The notes under the pieces were generated by a model. That model saw only the letters and a program-made list of their open reading frames with translations. It did not search any database and was not told the DNA's origin. A stretch of DNA of 17,497 nt, taken from contig JAEOSZ010000093.1 of the NCBI GenBank assembly GCA_016840095.1, forward strand, positions 1 to 17,497, read 5' to 3'. The stretch's first letter is position 1, and each line of letters opens with the position of its first letter. This document shows positions 16,738-17,497 of this stretch, piece after piece. This DNA is from Candidatus Heimdallarchaeota archaeon. GTDB lineage: Archaea; Asgardarchaeota; Heimdallarchaeia; Heimdallarchaeales; Heimdallarchaeaceae. A program made the position numbers and the translations under genes.

Positions 16738-17118
16738 TTACTCTTCAACTAAACTCTCAACAAATACTATCATATTTCCATCAGGATCAAAAGAAATTAC
16801 CATTTTAACCATACCTGGAAGCTCTTGAATCTCTAAAGTATTCACACCTTTTCCTTCTAAGTATTTCTTAGTATTTTCTGCACTCTTAACACCGAAATTG
16901 ACTGTAGTAGAACCGTGAACAATATCTCCCTCTTTTTTTAGATTCAATCCTAGAGTTAGACCTTTTGTTACGTCTATTTCGAGCCAACCAAAATCTACTG
17001 CTTTATCCCATCCCCTTTTGAAACCTAATATTTCTGTGTAGAATTTTTCAGCTACTTCAAGATCTTTAACATCTAATGATATAACAATAGTGTGAGGTTC
17101 TGTATATTCTATACTCAT
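16738..17118 (-). CDS. VOC / glyoxalase-bleomycin resistance family protein
   Basis: ISLDVKDLEVAEKFYTEILGF...FDPDGNMIVFVE. ATG 17118 follows an AGGTGAT SD. Confidence 0.9.
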   Translation of the reverse strand: MSIEYTEPHTIVISLDVKDLEVAEKFYTEILGFKRGWDKAVDFGWLEIDVTKGLTLGLNLKKEGDIVHGSTTVNFGVKSAENTKKYLEGKGVNTLEIQELPGMVKMVISFDPDGNMIVFVESLVEE

Positions 17119-17177
17119 ATTATCACCTATACTGAACAAAATATTTGAATATATAAAATACTTTCATCTTACAAAAA

Positions 17178-17497
17178 TTACAATTCATTATAGAACTCAA
17201 GCATTCTAAAGAAATCAATAGCATCTTCTTCAAACTTACTAGGGATACCACCTGTAAGTTCTAAACCTTCCATATTTTCAAATCTGTTAATTAGTCTTAA
17301 TAGAAAACTTCCAAGTTTCTTTAAAGAATCATCCTTCACTTTTTCTGCTGTATCTAAAGGTGTATTGTATATTCCAGGTTCTGTAGCACCCTTAATCATG
17401 AAAAGGACACTTGGAATACCTTCATGAATAAAAGCCATGCTACTCCCTCTGTTTGTTATACTATTTACAGTTAAAGTGGGATAGTTATTTGACAAAC
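17178..17497 (-). CDS. C-terminal fragment of an M28 peptidase-like protein (degenerate motifs, runs off the right edge)
   Basis: F-xx-EGIPSV...Y-x-TPLDTAEKV resembles the M28 pattern SDH-xx-F-xxx-GIP...YHT-xx-DT. The frame is open to the window edge. Confidence 0.7.
   Translation of the reverse strand, partial: LSNNYPTLTVNSITNRGSSMAFIHEGIPSVLFMIKGATEPGIYNTPLDTAEKVKDDSLKKLGSFLLRLINRFENMEGLELTGGIPSKFEEDAIDFFRMLEFYNEL

Overview
AT-rich archaeal window, inferred to be Asgard (Heimdallarchaeia-like) from GGTGA Shine-Dalgarno motifs, BRE/TATA-type promoters, oligo-T terminators and protein style. Most genes are on the minus strand. The core is a cell-surface cluster transcribed right to left: Kelch beta-propeller C, a membrane-tethered winged-helix regulator with an extracellular domain, a NosD-like beta-helix protein, Kelch B, Kelch A, an ornithine cyclodeaminase/mu-crystallin gene, a 1405-aa FtsX/MacB-type permease with an extra N-terminal ectodomain, and a tandem double ABC ATPase. 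Flanking genes encode a truncated secreted protein, a small zinc-ribbon protein, a TM2 protein, a PLP aminotransferase, a small hypothetical protein, a VOC/glyoxalase and a truncated, degenerate M28 peptidase-like protein. The strongest non-coding signal is a 103-bp element (3 mismatches, 69 bp exact) upstream of two visibly diverged Kelch genes. It has a decayed homologue upstream of the third Kelch gene, and a candidate operator (GTGAAAC-N-GTTTCAC) recurs in degenerate form upstream of the beta-helix gene. Together these suggest a surface-sensing regulon. No RNA genes, CRISPR arrays or mobile elements were recognised.
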